DNA from: Clostridia bacterium
Lineage (GTDB): Bacteria; Bacillota; Clostridia; UMGS1840
Length of the DNA: 64,000 nucleotides
NCBI GenBank assembly: GCA_045661305.1
Contig: JAZRFJ010000001.1
Span: 2,970-66,969 of the forward strand
Direction: 5' to 3'
Position numbers and translations under genes: made by a program. Positions 45,332-55,556 of this stretch are shown in pieces (within the stretch, counting starts at the first letter, position 1; each line of letters starts with the position of its first letter). The notes beneath the pieces are model-generated. The model was not told the DNA's origin. It was given only the letters and a program-made list of their open reading frames with translations, and ran no database searches.

Positions 45332-46360
45332 TTATTCAATTGTGACTCTCATCGACGGCGGAACTATATTAACAAAGGTAAGGCCCGGATTTAATACAAG
45401 CTCTTTTCCGTCAGCAGTTTTGTAAACAGTTTTTGCTCTTCTTGAATTTTTCTGCCATGTTATATCAACTGCTTTTCCATTTGTTATATATTTTCCTTTT
45501 CCGCTTCCGACAGTACGCATATCCTGTCTGCCTGCAGTATCCCCCGAAATGGTATAATTTGAAACCTCCTGTAAAATTATATTTACAGGTGCATAAAGAG
45601 TGCCGTCAGGGCTTTTGTGAACAGTAGAAGAATTCATCGTTCTTTTATAGTTTTTTTCTTCTTCATCATATTCGTATGTTACTTTATAGATTGAATTGTA
45701 AGGGATAACGATTTTCTTTGCACTTGCATCCGATGTAAGCTCTGTCATTTCATCATTGTAAGGAAGAAATTTTGCATCTGTTTTTTGGGATATTCCCTTT
45801 TTCTCCATAGCCTTTTTTATATTTTTAATACTTGTATAAACGCTGTGATAATCGTATTTATATTTTTCTTCTCTCCAAAAATAGCTCTCATCACCCAAAA
45901 TTCCGTTCATCATTTTTACGCCTAAATTTCTCAAATCCTCGCTTGCTCGCGGGCTTACACCAAAGCCTGTAAAGAAAGCGTCATGCTCAAACACAAAATC
46001 ATAAAAATAATGTCTTACTGAACGGATTGGACCTATTTTTGCAGTATCCTTGCCTTTAAAAAACGCAAGTAACCTCGTTACTCCTCCCTCAACATACATT
46101 TCATAAATCATATATGCGTCCGAAAGTCCGCTGTGAGGCCACGAATCCTTGCCGTCATTATCAATTACAACAGCAATCGGTCTTTCATCATTATCATTAT
46201 ATTTTTCTTTTATTTCAGGCTCTTTTTCTGTCACTTCTTCTATCGGAGGATTTAGATTTTCTTCCGCTTTTTCGTTTTTCTTCTTACCGCAGCCGCTAAA
46301 TAATCCGAATGAAATTGTGAGTGTTAACAAAAGTGAAATTGTTCTTAATATATTTTTCAT
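45332..46360 (-). CDS. DUF3048-family lipoprotein (YerB-like)
   Basis: 342 aa with a lipobox LFSGC. The IGPIRSVRHYF motif is typical of DUF3048. Confidence 0.7.
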   Translation of the reverse strand: MKNILRTISLLLTLTISFGLFSGCGKKKNEKAEENLNPPIEEVTEKEPEIKEKYNDNDERPIAVVIDNDGKDSWPHSGLSDAYMIYEMYVEGGVTRLLAFFKGKDTAKIGPIRSVRHYFYDFVFEHDAFFTGFGVSPRASEDLRNLGVKMMNGILGDESYFWREEKYKYDYHSVYTSIKNIKKAMEKKGISQKTDAKFLPYNDEMTELTSDASAKKIVIPYNSIYKVTYEYDEEEKNYKRTMNSSTVHKSPDGTLYAPVNIILQEVSNYTISGDTAGRQDMRTVGSGKGKYITNGKAVDITWQKNSRRAKTVYKTADGKELVLNPGLTFVNIVPPSMRVTIE

Positions 46361-46372
46361 TAACTATACTCC

Positions 46373-47494
46373 TCAATTTTTAGAATAATCAATGATAAGA
46401 TTACATGTATTGCAATTATCATAACAGTAAACATAAACTACCTTTTTCAACATGGAAAGCTCTCTGAAATCTTCATATGTCATTACTGAATAGAAACTAT
46501 TGAAATTTATAGTCCCAACAGTCGTTTCAAAAGAATATGCACAAATTCTATCATCCCATTCAACTTCTTTTATATTAGACCAATTTGTCAACTCGCTCTC
46601 GCTTGAAAAGCTGTCAACCTTTTTAAATATTCCAAGCATATTTCCACCGACATAATAAGGAAGCCCTGCAACTGCATATCCGCAAAGCTGAGGTGTTCTT
46701 GGTTGAACTTCTGCTGGCTTTAATGTACTGATATTATACAACAAAGCCTCTGTCTCGGTATTATTTCTTTCATCTCCTGCAGTTGAAAGCATACCATAAT
46801 AATAACCGTTATCATAGTTTATAAGATGTCTGTATAAAGATATTTCATTTTGAGCGTTAAGTGCATACCAAATAATGTCATTGTCTCCTATCTCATATAC
46901 ATCTTCGTTTTCTATTCCTGTTATACCGATTTTTTGAGGACTTTGTGCCACTGCATATGTAACCTCCTCACCATTTACAAATCCTGTAACAGCACCATCC
47001 GCAACTGATTTTACAATCATTGGGTATGCACCGTAATCCAGTGCCAATTCAACCTCATCAAAATTATTTTCAACAATCAAACAATTCTCATTTTCGTTTA
47101 CATTGGCTACCGATTTTAAAGTATCAAAATTTTCTATAAGAATAACTTTAAAAAGATATTCTTCAATTTCAAGATCATTTAATAAAACAGGTACAGTTGT
47201 TGTTCTTTGTGTTTCATAAGCGAACATATTTCTTTTGTAATATTCTTTAGAAGAACATCCCACAAATCTGCCGTTTTTATCGTCATACACAGCTACAATA
47301 ATAAGAAATTCTGTATTAACATCTTCTATACATTCATCAACATAGAAAGAAATTTCAGCTTCTAAATTATTACCGCCTTTGAATGTAACACTTTCGAATT
47401 TATAATTAAAATCATACAATGGCTCTGCCATAACGCAGTTAAAGCTCATGAAAATCAAAATAAAAATTACCATTGTCAAAAAAATCCTTTTCAT
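46373..47494 (-). CDS. secreted protein of unknown function
   Basis: 373 aa with a signal peptide (..FNCVMAEP). I recognise no motif. Confidence 0.55.
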   Translation of the reverse strand: MKRIFLTMVIFILIFMSFNCVMAEPLYDFNYKFESVTFKGGNNLEAEISFYVDECIEDVNTEFLIIVAVYDDKNGRFVGCSSKEYYKRNMFAYETQRTTTVPVLLNDLEIEEYLFKVILIENFDTLKSVANVNENENCLIVENNFDEVELALDYGAYPMIVKSVADGAVTGFVNGEEVTYAVAQSPQKIGITGIENEDVYEIGDNDIIWYALNAQNEISLYRHLINYDNGYYYGMLSTAGDERNNTETEALLYNISTLKPAEVQPRTPQLCGYAVAGLPYYVGGNMLGIFKKVDSFSSESELTNWSNIKEVEWDDRICAYSFETTVGTINFNSFYSVMTYEDFRELSMLKKVVYVYCYDNCNTCNLIIDYSKN

Positions 47495-47643
47495 ATAAGT
47501 TGTCCCTCCGTTTTTTATAATACATTAATTTTATCATGTTAGCACAGTATTGTCAAGATTTTATTCCCAAAATATTATAGGTGAATTATATTACATTTTT
47601 ATGCAATAATAAATATAAAGCAATACAAAAAAGGGGAACAATA

Positions 47644-48105
47644 ATGAAAAAAAGAGTAAACGAGTCTTCTTCACAGCAGGTCCATGTGCTGACAATGTCA
47701 AATTTAAACGGATATAACAGACTTTTTGGCGGACAGCTCCTATCATGGATTGATGAGGTTGCAGCAGTTGTTGCAAGAAGACATTCAAACCATAATGTTA
47801 CAACAGCTTCAATAGGTATGCTGAAATTCAGAAAGCCTGCCTATGCGAATGAAACAGTGGTTTTAAAAGGAAAAATCACATATACAGGGAAAACCTCGAT
47901 GGAAGTTGAGGTTAAAACCTATGTGGAAAAATTAAACGGCGAAAAAATTCTTATTAATGAAGCTTATGTAATAATGGTTGCACTTGACGAAAATGAAAAG
48001 CCCGTGGAAGTCCCTGGACTTATTTTAGAGAATGAGGAAGAAAAAAACAACTGGGCACTTGCTTTAAAAAGAAAAGAACACCGAAATTCTTTCCACTCGG
48101 ATTGA
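47644..48105 (+). CDS. acyl-CoA thioesterase (hot-dog fold, YciA/BFIT type)
   Basis: The motif LFGGQLLSWIDEVAAVVARRH fits this family. I set the start at ATG 47644, which has an AAGGGGAA RBS. Confidence 0.8.
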   Translation: MKKRVNESSSQQVHVLTMSNLNGYNRLFGGQLLSWIDEVAAVVARRHSNHNVTTASIGMLKFRKPAYANETVVLKGKITYTGKTSMEVEVKTYVEKLNGEKILINEAYVIMVALDENEKPVEVPGLILENEEEKNNWALALKRKEHRNSFHSD

Positions 48106-48158
48106 CATTTTTTATAGTTTATGTTAAAATATAGTAAAAATATATCAGGAGAATAAAA

Positions 48159-48821
48159 ATGTATAAATGTGCAATATTTGATTTAGACGGAACCTTAGCC
48201 GATACCTTAAAAACCATCAGTTATTTTGCAAATAAAGCTTTAACTCGCTTCTCGCTTTCACCATATAAAGAAGAAGACTATAAATATATGGTTGGGAACG
48301 GTGCAAAAATTTTAATCAAAAGAACTCTTGAAAACCAAAATTCATATACTGATGAGCTTTTTGAAAAAGTATTTACATATTACAACGAAATATACAATAA
48401 TGATTTTTTATATCTCACTTCTCCATACGAGGGGATTTGTGAGCTTTTAAATTTTTTAAAAGAAAATAAAATAAAAATAGGTGCACTTTCAAATAAACCC
48501 CACTATCCCACAACAATGATTTTGGATAATATATTTGAAAAAGAAACATTTGATTTAAAGTTTGGACAAAGAGAAAATTATCCCATAAAGCCTGACCCCA
48601 CTGTTCTTCTTGATATGCTTGAAGAATGGAATATAAAGCCAGAGGAATGTCTTTATATAGGTGATACAAAAACAGATATGGAAACAGGAAAAAATGCAGG
48701 TGCATTTACAATAGGTGTCTTATGGGGATTTCGTGACAGAGATGAGCTTGAAAAGCATAATGCTGATTTTATTGCCGAAAAGCCGTCTGACATTATTGAA
48801 TTTATAAAAAAGGATTTTTAA
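48159..48821 (+). CDS. HAD-superfamily hydrolase (phosphoglycolate-phosphatase-like)
   Basis: 220 aa with motif I DLDGTLADT and motif IV GDTKTD. Confidence 0.85.
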   Translation: MYKCAIFDLDGTLADTLKTISYFANKALTRFSLSPYKEEDYKYMVGNGAKILIKRTLENQNSYTDELFEKVFTYYNEIYNNDFLYLTSPYEGICELLNFLKENKIKIGALSNKPHYPTTMILDNIFEKETFDLKFGQRENYPIKPDPTVLLDMLEEWNIKPEECLYIGDTKTDMETGKNAGAFTIGVLWGFRDRDELEKHNADFIAEKPSDIIEFIKKDF

Positions 48822-48823
48822 AA

Positions 48824-51205
48824 ATGAACAAAAAAGTCTATAAAACTCTCGAATTTGATAAAATTTTAAAAAAAGTTGCTGCTTACGCTGTCTTGGAAAA
48901 AACAAAGGATAAAATATATTCTCTTGAACCTAAAACAGATATTGAAAATGTAAGGCTCGTTCTTAATGAAACCGACTTTGCAACAAGAGCAATAATAAAA
49001 GCAGGCTCACCTCCGATTTATAACTACGGTGATTTTTCGGATATGACAAAGATAACAAAAAGGCTTGAAGTAACAGCTCCTCTCAACACTAGAGAGCTAC
49101 TGGCTGTTGCTACGCTTTTTAAAAGCTCACGCCTTTTAAAAGGATATCTTTCAGACTGCAATTTCCCCGTTTTTGACGGCTATATTGAAATGCTCATCGT
49201 AAACAAGCATCTTGAAGATGAAATTTTTTCAAAAATAATTTCAGAAGAAGAAATCGCTGATAACGCAAGTGATACACTCTACTCTATAAGAAGAAAGAAA
49301 ATTTCTTCTCAGGGTAAAATCAGAGAAACACTCCAGAAATTCACAAACTCTCCTAACTTCAAAAAATATCTTCAAAATGCAACAGTAACACTAAGAAACG
49401 AGCGTTTTGTTCTTCCTGTTAAGCAGGAATACAGAAACGAAATTCAGGGACTTGTGCACGACAGCTCCGACAGCGGTGCAACAGTATTTATAGAGCCTAT
49501 GAGCGTCGTTAATCTTAATAACGAGCTTAAAGAGCTTGATATAAAGGAAAAGGCAGAAATTGAAAAAATTCTTTTTGATTTATCATCAATGTGTGCAGGC
49601 TACTTTGAAGAAATAAAAACTCTTGACACACTTATTTCAAACCTTGACCTCATATTCTCAAAGGCAAAGTACAGCCTTAATATAAAAGGTGAGCTTCCAA
49701 AGCTTAATGATAAAGGAATTATTATATTAAAAAAGGCTCGCCATCCGCTAATACCTTCTGAAAAAGTTGTTCCCATTGATGTAAGTATTGATGAGGGCTT
49801 TGATACACTTGTTATAACAGGTCCAAATACAGGCGGAAAGACAGTTTCTCTAAAAACAATAGGGCTTCTTACACTTATGGCACAATCAGGAATACTCATT
49901 CCTGCATTTATGGGAAGTGAGATTGCTGTCTTTAAGGAAATATATGCAGATATAGGTGATGAACAAAGTATCGAACAATCGCTTTCCACTTTTTCATCAC
50001 ATATGAAAAATATTGTTTCAATTTTAAATAATATCACTTTTGATAACCTCGTTTTATTCGATGAGCTTGGTGCAGGAACAGACCCGACCGAAGGTGCAGC
50101 ACTTGCGATAGAAATAATTGAGTATTTAAGAAAAAGAGGTGCAAGAGTGGCTGCAACAACGCATTATCCTGAGCTTAAGCTTTATGCTCTTTCAGGAGAA
50201 AAAGTTTGTAACGCATCGTTGGAATTTGATGTTGAAACACTTATGCCAACCTACCGTCTTATTATGGGTATGCCAGGCAGAAGTAACGCCTTTGCGATTT
50301 CAAAAAAACTCGGAATGAGCGATGAAGTGATTGATAATGCACAATTAAGAATTTCAAAAGATGCACTCAAATTTGAAGATATTTTAACAACTATTGATAA
50401 AAACAGAATTGAGGCTGAAAAAGAAAAAGAAGAGGCTGAAAGCTTAAAAAAGCAAGTTGAAGAATTAAAAAAGGAGCTTAAGAAAAAACAAGAAGATGCT
50501 TACTCCAAAAGCCACAAAATAATCGAAAAGGCAAGAGCTGAAGCACTCTTAATAACCGAAGAGGCAAGAGAAAAGGCAGAAGAAATAATAAGCGACCTTA
50601 ACAAAAAAGCCAAAAGTCAGGCAGAGCGTGCAAAGGCAGTAGGCGATGCAAGAAAAAAATTAAAGGAACAGCGTGATAAACAAGCCCAGAAGCTTTCGGA
50701 CGAAAACAAAAAAGGTAAAAATCCGCTTAATATCAAGGATATTAAAATAGGCCTTACCGTAATGTTTGAAGAAATTGACGCTGAAGTTACAGTTGATACC
50801 CTTCCTGATAAAGACGGAAATCTTACTGTTTTAGCAGGAATAATGAAAGTTAAAACAAATATCTCAAAGCTGTATGCTTGCGAAACTAAAGCTAACAAGG
50901 AGAAAAAATCTGCCCGTTCTTTAGAACGCAACTCTTCAAATGTAAGTATTAAAAACCGTGAATTTCGTCCTGAGCTTGATTTAAGAGGAATGAATTTAGA
51001 GGAAGCTGAATTTGTAACGGAAAAATTTATTGATGACGCAATTTTAGGTCATATTCCAAGCATCGTTATTATTCACGGAAAAGGCTCAGGAATACTTCGA
51101 AGCGGTATTCATGCACTTCTTAAAAAGAATAAAGCTATAAAGTCTTTTCGTCTGGGTACTTTCGGTGAGGGTGAAGCTGGTGTTACCATAGCAGAATTGA
51201 AATGA
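48824..51205 (+). CDS. mutS2: endonuclease MutS2
   Basis: 793 aa with Walker A GPNTGGKT, a coiled-coil linker and a C-terminal Smr domain (LDLRGM..HGKGSG). Confidence 0.95.
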   Translation: MNKKVYKTLEFDKILKKVAAYAVLEKTKDKIYSLEPKTDIENVRLVLNETDFATRAIIKAGSPPIYNYGDFSDMTKITKRLEVTAPLNTRELLAVATLFKSSRLLKGYLSDCNFPVFDGYIEMLIVNKHLEDEIFSKIISEEEIADNASDTLYSIRRKKISSQGKIRETLQKFTNSPNFKKYLQNATVTLRNERFVLPVKQEYRNEIQGLVHDSSDSGATVFIEPMSVVNLNNELKELDIKEKAEIEKILFDLSSMCAGYFEEIKTLDTLISNLDLIFSKAKYSLNIKGELPKLNDKGIIILKKARHPLIPSEKVVPIDVSIDEGFDTLVITGPNTGGKTVSLKTIGLLTLMAQSGILIPAFMGSEIAVFKEIYADIGDEQSIEQSLSTFSSHMKNIVSILNNITFDNLVLFDELGAGTDPTEGAALAIEIIEYLRKRGARVAATTHYPELKLYALSGEKVCNASLEFDVETLMPTYRLIMGMPGRSNAFAISKKLGMSDEVIDNAQLRISKDALKFEDILTTIDKNRIEAEKEKEEAESLKKQVEELKKELKKKQEDAYSKSHKIIEKARAEALLITEEAREKAEEIISDLNKKAKSQAERAKAVGDARKKLKEQRDKQAQKLSDENKKGKNPLNIKDIKIGLTVMFEEIDAEVTVDTLPDKDGNLTVLAGIMKVKTNISKLYACETKANKEKKSARSLERNSSNVSIKNREFRPELDLRGMNLEEAEFVTEKFIDDAILGHIPSIVIIHGKGSGILRSGIHALLKKNKAIKSFRLGTFGEGEAGVTIAELK

Positions 51206-51251
51206 TAAAAAAGAAAAAACAAACAAAAGAAGTAAAAACCCTTTTTCGTTG

Positions 51252-51280
51252 TTGACTTTTTTTCCTTATTATGTTAAAAT
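51252..51280 (+). promoter_or_regulatory. sigma-A promoter of the hisS-aspS operon
   Basis: TTGACT, a 17-nt spacer, then TAAAAT. The predicted TSS falls at about 51287, the first nt of the structured element. Confidence 0.65.
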
Positions 51281-51286
51281 ATACTT

Positions 51287-51563
51287 TAGTCATCGGAGTG
51301 TCGAACTGTTTGCGGTTTAAAAAGGAAAATTTTGTATAATACTGCAGAAAATTCTGCAAATATACGACAGTATAATTTTTGAATTTTCCTTGTCTTTTAT
51401 CAAAATTTTCTCTTTTTTAACTCTCCGACCTTATACTTAGAAAAATTTCAAATGATTTGGATGCGGAGTTTGAAGTTGGGCTATCGCCCTACAAAAACGA
51501 CAAGTTCAAAGCATTAAAATTTAGCAAGTATAAGGCGTAAAGAGTTCGGCCCTCCGATGACTA
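51287..51563 (+). ncRNA. unclassified 277-nt hairpin-bounded structured leader element, copy 2 (homologous to 21803-22080)
   Basis: A perfect 12-bp closing helix (51287-51298 with 51552-51563) extends imperfectly to about 30 bp. Nested hairpins are present. The element is collinear with copy 1. Confidence 0.55.
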
Positions 51564-51593
51564 TGAAATAATTTTTTAAAGGAAGTAAAAAAA

Positions 51594-52862
51594 ATGAGCG
51601 TAAAAATAACAGCTCCTAAAGGCACAAAGGACATTTTGCCTGATGAGAGCTACAAATATCAATATATAGAAGATACCTTGCGTAATCTTAGCCGTACCTT
51701 TAATTTTCACGAACTAAGAACACCAACCTTTGAACATACCGAGCTTTTTTTAAGAGGTGTGGGTGATACAACAGATGTTGTAAATAAAGAAATGTACACT
51801 TTCTTGGACAAGGGTGACAGAAGTATCACATTAAGACCTGAGGGTACAGCAGGTATAGCAAGAAGCTTTGTTGAACACGGACTTTACAGCGGTGTTCTTC
51901 CCCAAAAGCTTTACTATCTTATTTCCTGTTTCCGCTATGAAAAACCGCAGGCTGGCAGATTAAGAGAATTCCATCAGTTCGGAATTGAAATGATGGGAAC
52001 AGATACTCCGTCTGCTGATGCTGAGGCAATTATGTTTGCAGACAGTATATTTGAAAAATTCGGATTAAAAGATTTTATAACCTTAAATCTTAACAACATA
52101 GGCTGTAAAACCTGCAGAAAAGAATATAACGACAAATTAGGAAATTTCCTTTTCGAGAAAAAAGACGAGCTTTGCGAAACCTGCAGAGAGCGTATGGAAA
52201 AAAATCCTATGCGTGTTTTTGACTGCAAAAGTCCTGTATGTAAAAGCATAGTAGAAAACGCACCTACAATTTTCGATTCTGTGTGTGACGGTTGTAAGGA
52301 TCATTTTAAAAAAGTTACGGATATTCTTGATAATGTAGGAATTTCATATAAAATAGATAAAGCTATCGTTAGAGGTCTTGACTACTATTCAAAAACTGTT
52401 TTTGAGTTTGTGACCCAGAACATCGGTGCACAAGGGACTGTGCTTGGCGGTGGAAGATATGACGGTCTTATAAGCGATATTGGCGGTAACGATGCAGCTG
52501 GAATAGGCTTTGCTATGGGACTTGAAAGATTGGTACTTCTTCTTTCACAGATAGAAAACTTCCCTGTAAAAGCTGACACCCCTGACATTATGCTCATTCC
52601 TATCGGTGATGAAGCTAAAAAGACTGCGTATAAGCTTCTTTACGATTTAAGAAAGAACAATATCGCCGCAGAAATTGATATAAACGAGCGTTCAGTAAAA
52701 GCACAGATGAAATATGCCGATAAAACAGGTGCAAAATATACTGTTGTAATCGGTGATGACGAAGTAAATAACGATAAATATACTTTAAAAAATATGCAAA
52801 ACGGAGAAACCTGTGAGCTTAATCTTGCGGGAATTTCAAAATATATGGAGGAAATCAAATAA
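51594..52862 (+). CDS. hisS: histidine--tRNA ligase
   Basis: 422 aa, class II aaRS (GTKD, LRPEGT, FRYEKPQAGRLREFHQ, GGGRYD). Confidence 0.95.
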   Translation: MSVKITAPKGTKDILPDESYKYQYIEDTLRNLSRTFNFHELRTPTFEHTELFLRGVGDTTDVVNKEMYTFLDKGDRSITLRPEGTAGIARSFVEHGLYSGVLPQKLYYLISCFRYEKPQAGRLREFHQFGIEMMGTDTPSADAEAIMFADSIFEKFGLKDFITLNLNNIGCKTCRKEYNDKLGNFLFEKKDELCETCRERMEKNPMRVFDCKSPVCKSIVENAPTIFDSVCDGCKDHFKKVTDILDNVGISYKIDKAIVRGLDYYSKTVFEFVTQNIGAQGTVLGGGRYDGLISDIGGNDAAGIGFAMGLERLVLLLSQIENFPVKADTPDIMLIPIGDEAKKTAYKLLYDLRKNNIAAEIDINERSVKAQMKYADKTGAKYTVVIGDDEVNNDKYTLKNMQNGETCELNLAGISKYMEEIK

Positions 52863-54670
52863 TGGCTGAATTTTTAACAGGTTTTAAAAGAACTAATTAT
52901 AATAACGACCTTGACAGAAGTTATATCGGAAAAACTGTAAGCGTTACAGGTTGGGTAAATAAGCAAAGAGATATAGGTGCTCTTGTTTTTGTAGATTTAA
53001 GAGATAGAACAGGCATCGTCCAGATTGTTTTTGATGAAACTGTTGACAACAGCTTACTTGAAAAAGCAAAAACTGTAAGAAACGAATATGTTCTCGCAGT
53101 AAAAGGTGTTGTACGAGAAAGAAGCGGTGCATTCAATCCTAATTTAAAAACAGGTGAAATTGAAATTGTTGCAGATGAGCTTAGAATTTTATCAGTTTCC
53201 GAAACAACTCCTTTTATGATTGCAGACGATATAAATACAAATGACGCACTTAAATTAAAATACAGATACCTTGATTTAAGACGCCCCGAAATGCAGAAAA
53301 ATATCATTATGCGTCATAGAATTTCAAAAATTGCACGCGATTATTTTGACGAAAATAACTTCCTTGAAATAGAAACTCCTTATCTTCAGAAATCAACTCC
53401 TGAGGGTGCAAGAGACTATTTAGTTCCAAGCCGTGTTCACCCAGGAAAATTTTATGCACTTCCGCAATCTCCTCAGCTTTATAAACAGCTCCTTATGATT
53501 GCAGGCTATGACAGATATATTCAGATTGCCCGTTGTTTCAGAGACGAAGATTTAAGAGCAGACAGACAGCCTGAATTTACTCAGATAGACTTGGAAATGT
53601 CTTTTGTTGAGGCAGAAGATGTTATGAGTGTAAACGAAGGCTTCTTAAAAAGACTTTTTAAAGAAGTAAAAGGTATTGATATTAAAACACCGTTTTTAAG
53701 AATGGACTATCAGGAAGCAATGGACCGTTTTGGGTCAGATAAACCTGATAACAGATTTGGATTAGAGCTTGTTGATATTTCAGATGAAGTGAAAGATGTT
53801 GACTTTGTTGTATTTAAGTCTGCGTTAGATGCAGGCGGAAGTGTTCGTGCAATAAACGGAAACGGCATGGGTGCAAAGCTCTCAAGAAAAGAAATTGACG
53901 CTTTAGGCGAATATGTAAAAACAATCGGCGGAAAAGGCCTTGCATATATTGTTATTAATGAAGACGGAAGTATAAAATCCCCTATTGCAAAATTCTTATC
54001 AGAAGAGCAGATGGCAGCCGTTGTAGAAAAAATGGCAGGAAAACCTGGCGACATCATTCTTATAGTTGCTGACAAAACAAGCGTTGTTTATACAGTTTTA
54101 GGTAACTTAAGATGCCATCTTGCTAAAAAGTTTGACCTTATTGAGCCTGAAACATATTCTTTCTTATGGGTTGTAAACTTCCCGCTTTTAGAATATGATG
54201 AAGAAGAAAACAGATATGTAGCAAAGCACCATCCGTTTACTGCACCTCTTAACGAGGACCTCGATAAGCTTGAAACTGCACCTGGTGAAATAAGAGCAAA
54301 GGCTTACGATATCGTTCTTAACGGTATGGAAGTAGGCGGCGGAAGTATCAGAATTTATGATACAGAGCTTCAATCTAAAATGTTCAAGGTGCTTGGATTT
54401 ACAGAAGAACAGGCTTGGGAAAGATTCGGATTTCTCATGGAAGCTTTCAAATTCGGACCACCACCTCACGGCGGTATGGCATATGGTCTTGACAGACTTT
54501 GTATGATTTTATCAGGAAGTGAATCTATCCGTGATGTAATAGCATTCCCGAAAGTTCAGAACGCATCTGAGCTTATGTCAAATGCTCCTGATATCGTTGA
54601 CGAAAAACAGCTTGACGAGCTTAATATAAAATGTACAAAAGTTGTAAAAGATGCAGCGGAAGAAGAATAA
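52862..54670 (+). CDS. aspS: aspartate--tRNA ligase
   Basis: 602 aa (QSPQLYKQLLM, FRDEDLRADRQPEFTQ, GGGSIRI, GLDRL). Its start overlaps the hisS stop. Confidence 0.95.
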   Translation: MAEFLTGFKRTNYNNDLDRSYIGKTVSVTGWVNKQRDIGALVFVDLRDRTGIVQIVFDETVDNSLLEKAKTVRNEYVLAVKGVVRERSGAFNPNLKTGEIEIVADELRILSVSETTPFMIADDINTNDALKLKYRYLDLRRPEMQKNIIMRHRISKIARDYFDENNFLEIETPYLQKSTPEGARDYLVPSRVHPGKFYALPQSPQLYKQLLMIAGYDRYIQIARCFRDEDLRADRQPEFTQIDLEMSFVEAEDVMSVNEGFLKRLFKEVKGIDIKTPFLRMDYQEAMDRFGSDKPDNRFGLELVDISDEVKDVDFVVFKSALDAGGSVRAINGNGMGAKLSRKEIDALGEYVKTIGGKGLAYIVINEDGSIKSPIAKFLSEEQMAAVVEKMAGKPGDIILIVADKTSVVYTVLGNLRCHLAKKFDLIEPETYSFLWVVNFPLLEYDEEENRYVAKHHPFTAPLNEDLDKLETAPGEIRAKAYDIVLNGMEVGGGSIRIYDTELQSKMFKVLGFTEEQAWERFGFLMEAFKFGPPPHGGMAYGLDRLCMILSGSESIRDVIAFPKVQNASELMSNAPDIVDEKQLDELNIKCTKVVKDAAEEE

Positions 54671-54695
54671 GTAAAATGACGGAGGATAAAGCTTA

Positions 54696-55205
54696 ATGAA
54701 CAGTTTTAAAGAAGCGGTACAGTCGTTTTTCGCAAACTTACCTGTTCCGCTTTGGGCAAGAATAATGCTTTGTGCTATGCTTCCCATGATTGAAGCAAGA
54801 TATTCTATACTGTTTTTTATGGATAGCGGATATGCTTACTGGCAACTATTCTTATTAAGCGTACTCGGAAATATGCTTCCTATCCCGTTTATAATTTATC
54901 TGTTCCGACCGCTTCTTGGGTTTTTAAGACGAACAAAGCTTTTTTCAACACTTGCAAAAAAGATTGAAGAAAGAACTATGAAAAAGTCAGAACAGCTCCA
55001 AAAATATTCAGCTTTCGGCCTTTTTGTTTTTGTAGCCATTCCTCTTCCTGGAACGGGTGCAATAACAGGTGCTATGATTGCTGCACTTTTGGATATGAGA
55101 GAGCTTTATGCACTACCTGCTTTATTTTTAGGAACTGTAACAGCAACCTTTTTAACAACAGGTGCGATGACAATTATTCAAAATATGATAAGCTTTATAT
55201 TTTAA
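54696..55205 (+). CDS. small membrane protein, COG2426-like (putative small multidrug export protein)
   Basis: 169 aa with four TM segments. The motifs LPMIEAR and IPLPGTGAITGA fit the family. Confidence 0.6.
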   Translation: MNSFKEAVQSFFANLPVPLWARIMLCAMLPMIEARYSILFFMDSGYAYWQLFLLSVLGNMLPIPFIIYLFRPLLGFLRRTKLFSTLAKKIEERTMKKSEQLQKYSAFGLFVFVAIPLPGTGAITGAMIAALLDMRELYALPALFLGTVTATFLTTGAMTIIQNMISFIF

Positions 55206-55222
55206 ATTTTTGTATTAAATGT

Positions 55223-55260
55223 AAAAAGTCCCTTGTCATTTTTTTGACAAGGGACTTTTT
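55223..55260. terminator. bidirectional rho-independent terminator (hairpin T1)
   Basis: aaaaagtcccttgtca / tgacaagggacttttt, a perfect 16-nt palindrome with a T-rich loop. Confidence 0.8.
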
Positions 55261-55291
55261 ATAGCTATTTTATTGGATTTCTGAAAAAGAC

Positions 55292-55320
55292 TTGAAAAAT
55301 GTGTAAATTTATGTTATAAT
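55292..55320 (+). promoter_or_regulatory. sigma-A promoter of the small hydrophobic-peptide mRNA
   Basis: TTGAAA, a 17-nt spacer, then TATAAT. Confidence 0.65.
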
Positions 55321-55399
55321 ATGAATTAAGATAAGACTTCTTAATGGTGTTTAACACTGGCGGTTATGCCAACATCTTCTTAAAAAGGGGGTGTGGCTT

Positions 55400-55468
55400 A
55401 TGGACGAAAATTACATAATTTCTTTTATGATAATTTTATTGCTTTTAGCATTAACCATAAAAAAGTAA
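55400..55468 (+). CDS. 22-aa hydrophobic peptide, type I toxin-like (MDENYIISFMIILLLLALTIKK)
   Basis: It is not in the ORF track because it is too short. A GGGGG SD lies 9 nt upstream of the ATG. The peptide has a polar N-terminus, one TM-length hydrophobic core and a KK C-terminus. Confidence 0.55.
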   Translation: MDENYIISFMIILLLLALTIKK

Positions 55469-55550
55469 CGCCAGCCCGTGACAAAAGTTAGCGTTACTCC
55501 TTTATAAAACGTTTTCTTTTGGCATAACCGTTTGAGGTCTTGCCTTTTGT
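55458..55550 (-). ncRNA. candidate antisense (antitoxin) sRNA overlapping the 3' end of the peptide mRNA
   Basis: It is driven by the - strand promoter at 55557-55585. It ends at the hairpin gtaacgc/gcgttac (55465-55497) followed by U6 on the - strand. The U-tract is antisense to the last codons AAA AAG TAA. Confidence 0.5.
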
Positions 55551-55556
55551 ATATAT

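Noticed and set aside
51287-51563. Identifying the hisS leader as a T-box, 6S RNA or SRP (scRNA-type) RNA, given its rod-like closing helix and ~277-nt size
   Set aside because: It has no T-box core or antiterminator/terminator pair. It has no SRP domain IV motif (GGAA tetraloop with the AGCA/GGAAGCAG-type loops). It has no terminator of its own, and it runs directly into the hisS RBS. So it is a leader, not a stand-alone RNA gene.
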